DNA of 62,990 nucleotides, the filler included. It is 5 parts of 5 records of this genome, joined end to end, with 100 filler letters (N's around TTAATTAATTAA, not from the genome) between each part and the next. Parts side by side here need not be neighbours in the genome. Positions count along the whole stretch, not along the records: positions 42,493 to 62,990 come from DRR723986_6286; 4 more parts are not named here. The stretch is one strand, 5' to 3'. Shown here in pieces: positions 60,549 through 62,990 of the stretch. Position numbers and translations under genes: made by a program. The stretch's first letter is position 1; each line of letters starts with the position of its first letter. A model generated the notes under the pieces. The model searched no databases. It saw only the letters and a program-made list of their open reading frames with translations, and was not told the DNA's origin.

Positions 60549-62222
60549 ATGAACCTTGACAGCCTGACTTTACTCATTGGTGCCAGCGCCAGTGCATACC
60601 TTGTGTTCAAAGCGCACCGCCGGCTTCAGCTGTCGCGCGCCAAACACCCCGGCTTAAGCGGCCATGTTCGCATGGCCAAGCGCGTGTCGAAACTGATACC
60701 GCATTACAGCCTGGAAGGTGATTCGTTTTTCAACTGTGACGGTGCCAACGATGCGCTCGTTGAGAAGCGCCGCAAAGGTTTCCAGAATTTGTCCCACGAC
60801 CTGCTGGGGCGTGCACCACAGGGCAAACGATTGCTGGAACAGGCCATCAGCAGCATTTCCGATGCGCAGTTTACTCACAAGTACCGCGTTCCCTTCCAGT
60901 TTAGAAACATGGTCAACGAGAATTTGTTGCCTGCACTTTTTCTGAGCAAATCGGAGGGAGTTCATCTGTGGGACATTGATGGCAATGCGTACATCGACGT
61001 GACCGGTGCCTATGGCACCAACCTGCTTGGCTACGACACTTACAAAAGTTTTATCCGCCAGGCGGCCATCGACATGGACCCATTGGGGCCAGTGCTTGGC
61101 CCCTATCACCCGGTGGTGCTGGACAACACGCGCAGAATTTTAGCCCTGGCCGGTCAGGATGAAATTTCATACCACATGAGCGGAACCGAAGCAGTGATGC
61201 AGGCCGTGCGCCTTGCGCAATACCACACTGGTCGACAACGCATCGTGCGTTTTGCGGGTGCCTACCATGGCTGGTGGGGCGATGTACAACCCGGTGTGGG
61301 TAACCCGGTGAGCGCTGATAGAACATTGACGCTACAAGAGATGAGCCAACGCACACTGCATGTACTGGCCACCCGAAAAGACATTGCCTGCGTATTGGTA
61401 AACCCGCTGCAAGCCTTGCACCCCAATAGCAACGCACCCGGTGACTCCGCCTTGATCAGCAGCGGCCGCAAAGCGGGTTATGACAAAGAGGCCTACACCC
61501 AATGGCTAAAACAGCTTAGACAGGTGTGCACCGAGAACGGCATTGTGTTGATACTCGATGAAGTGTTTCTGGGATTCCGCCTGGCCAAAGGTGGCGCACA
61601 AGATTATTTTGGGGTGCGTGCCGACATGGTGACCTATGGCAAAACTCTGGGTGGTGGCCTGCCTGTGGGTGTGCTGTGTGGAAAAGCCGAATTGATGAAA
61701 CGCTACCGCAACGACAAGCCAGCTGATATCTGCTTTGCTCGGGGTACATTCAATTCACACGCTTACGTGATGCAAACAATGAACCTGTTTCTAAGGCACA
61801 TTGATGGTGTTGAAGTGGAACGGATGTATCAGAACGTCGACACCGTCTGGAACACAAGGCGTGCAGCACTGAACAAACGCCTGACGGAACTGGAATTGCC
61901 AGTTGAAGTGCAAAACATGACTTCAATTTTCACCATTCTTTACAACACCCCATCGCGTTTTAACTGGATGTTTCAGTTTTACCTGTTGCAAGCTGGCGTG
62001 ATGTTGAGTTGGGTAGGTTCAGGGCGAATGATTTTCAGCCACAACTACACCGATTCTGATTTCGATGTGTTCTGCGACCGCTTTATTCAAGCGGCCCGCT
62101 GCATGCAAGCCGATGGCTGGTGGGACACCAGCGAGGCTTGCAACAGCAACAAGAAAATTCAGCGACGTGTGCTCAGTGAGACCTGGCGTGCCTTGACATC
62201 ATCCATGGGATCAATCAACTGA
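60549..62222 (+). CDS. Class III aminotransferase (GSA-aminomutase-like) with N-terminal membrane anchor and extension
   Basis: SGTEAVMQAVRLA, YHGW, LDEVFLGFR, TYGKTLGGGLPVG, RGTFN. Confidence 0.88.
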   Translation: MNLDSLTLLIGASASAYLVFKAHRRLQLSRAKHPGLSGHVRMAKRVSKLIPHYSLEGDSFFNCDGANDALVEKRRKGFQNLSHDLLGRAPQGKRLLEQAISSISDAQFTHKYRVPFQFRNMVNENLLPALFLSKSEGVHLWDIDGNAYIDVTGAYGTNLLGYDTYKSFIRQAAIDMDPLGPVLGPYHPVVLDNTRRILALAGQDEISYHMSGTEAVMQAVRLAQYHTGRQRIVRFAGAYHGWWGDVQPGVGNPVSADRTLTLQEMSQRTLHVLATRKDIACVLVNPLQALHPNSNAPGDSALISSGRKAGYDKEAYTQWLKQLRQVCTENGIVLILDEVFLGFRLAKGGAQDYFGVRADMVTYGKTLGGGLPVGVLCGKAELMKRYRNDKPADICFARGTFNSHAYVMQTMNLFLRHIDGVEVERMYQNVDTVWNTRRAALNKRLTELELPVEVQNMTSIFTILYNTPSRFNWMFQFYLLQAGVMLSWVGSGRMIFSHNYTDSDFDVFCDRFIQAARCMQADGWWDTSEACNSNKKIQRRVLSETWRALTSSMGSIN

Positions 62223-62791
62223 CCTTTGAGAAGATAGAAAGGCGACTTGTAATAAATCTTCACGTCATGGAATGGGTCGGTGATAATTTTCAGGGCCCAG
62301 ACCAAACCTGTTTCAATGTCCCGGATAAAGAACAGGTGAATGGTTCTGAACACCAAACCACCCAAGCCCAGCCACAACCAAGATTCGCCTACACTGCGAA
62401 CAAAACTGGTCATGTCAGCGCCAGTGGGCGGCAAACCGAAGGCCGACGGGCTAAACCAGATGAGCACTGGCAGCGCCCCCCAAATGCTCAGCAATATGAC
62501 TTTGCGACGCAAGTTGTAACCCACCTTGATGTCTTCCTTATGATCGTGCGTGGCATCGTTCACATAATCGTAGGTTTTGGGTTCGAAAAAGAAGTGACCG
62601 ATTTGACGGCTGGTCATGGCCACCAACCACGCCACGAGGGCTGCAGACACAGGGTCAATAAACAGCAACACATAGCCAAACAGGAATGACAGCGCGCTGA
62701 GCAAGTGCAGGCTTTGATTGATACGGCTGTGGTGATAGTAGCGGTGGTCGTCCCAACGCTGTTCGTGCAAAGTCTCGAAGATTTTTTTCAT
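62159..62791 (-). CDS. Mpo1/DUF962-like membrane protein
   Basis: YYHHSRINQSLH and RQIGHFFFE His motifs with TM helices; family call tentative. Confidence 0.6.
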   Translation of the reverse strand: MKKIFETLHEQRWDDHRYYHHSRINQSLHLLSALSFLFGYVLLFIDPVSAALVAWLVAMTSRQIGHFFFEPKTYDYVNDATHDHKEDIKVGYNLRRKVILLSIWGALPVLIWFSPSAFGLPPTGADMTSFVRSVGESWLWLGLGGLVFRTIHLFFIRDIETGLVWALKIITDPFHDVKIYYKSPFYLLKGQLIDPMDDVKARQVSLSTRR

Positions 62792-62990
62792 TTAGGCGAT
62801 ACAAGGAAGTGTTGAAAAAGTACTAACTTCCCTTTATGCCAGTGTGATGTTGCGGTTTTGTGTCCGATCATTGCAATTGGCTGCTCAAGCAGCGTAGTTA
62901 CTCGCCCAACCAGCGCGAATCCCAATCATTCGCCTGAAAACCTGATTCTCCCTTTTTGAAATTCACCCTGACTCACCTCGCTCGGCAAAA

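Noticed and set aside
60549-62222. Calling the aminotransferase hemL
   Set aside because: Extra length, membrane anchor and altered motifs argue against orthology.
1-62990. CRISPR arrays, IS elements, rRNA
   Set aside because: No regularly spaced repeats, transposase ORFs or rRNA signatures seen.

Overview
This window is not one locus. It is five unrelated contigs joined by 100-nt artificial linkers (N-run + TTAATTAATTAA + N-run) at 10444-10543, 27309-27408, 33851-33950 and 42393-42492; taxonomic labels below are my inference from protein style and composition. Contig 1 (1-10443, high GC, Rhodobacteraceae-like) is mostly housekeeping: telA/xpaC, MFS transporter, rluB, tadA, gatCA, an amidase and truncated rnpB. 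Contig 2 (10544-27308, AT-richer, probably alphaproteobacterial) opens with a tRNA 3' end, an XRE regulator, a tyrosine integrase and a split tRNA-fMet remnant. It continues into a ~14-kb cluster of general-stress genes (DUF883, entericidin, MscS, FNT, Dps, cardiolipin synthase, YqaE, CsbD, DedA, amidoligase) headed by a KdpD-like kinase and a receiver-only regulator. The strongest observation is that most transcription units of this cluster carry a co-oriented TTTAT(G/C/A)-N5-TTTA(C/T)A direct repeat ~70-120 nt upstream of the start. This matches the E. coli KdpE operator, yet no kdpFABC is present, suggesting a Kdp-type two-component system re-wired to a stress regulon. Contigs 3-4 (Marinobacter-like) hold rpsI/rplM/prfC/rimI/leuA, an AraC-secreted Ig-like protein-DUF6160 module and a Zur-boxed COG0523 GTPase. 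Contig 5 (betaproteobacterial, Limnobacter-like) holds paired DUF445 genes, fpr, a hybrid kinase, an SOS-boxed small gene and a candidate lipid-modification trio (psd, class III aminotransferase, Mpo1-like protein).
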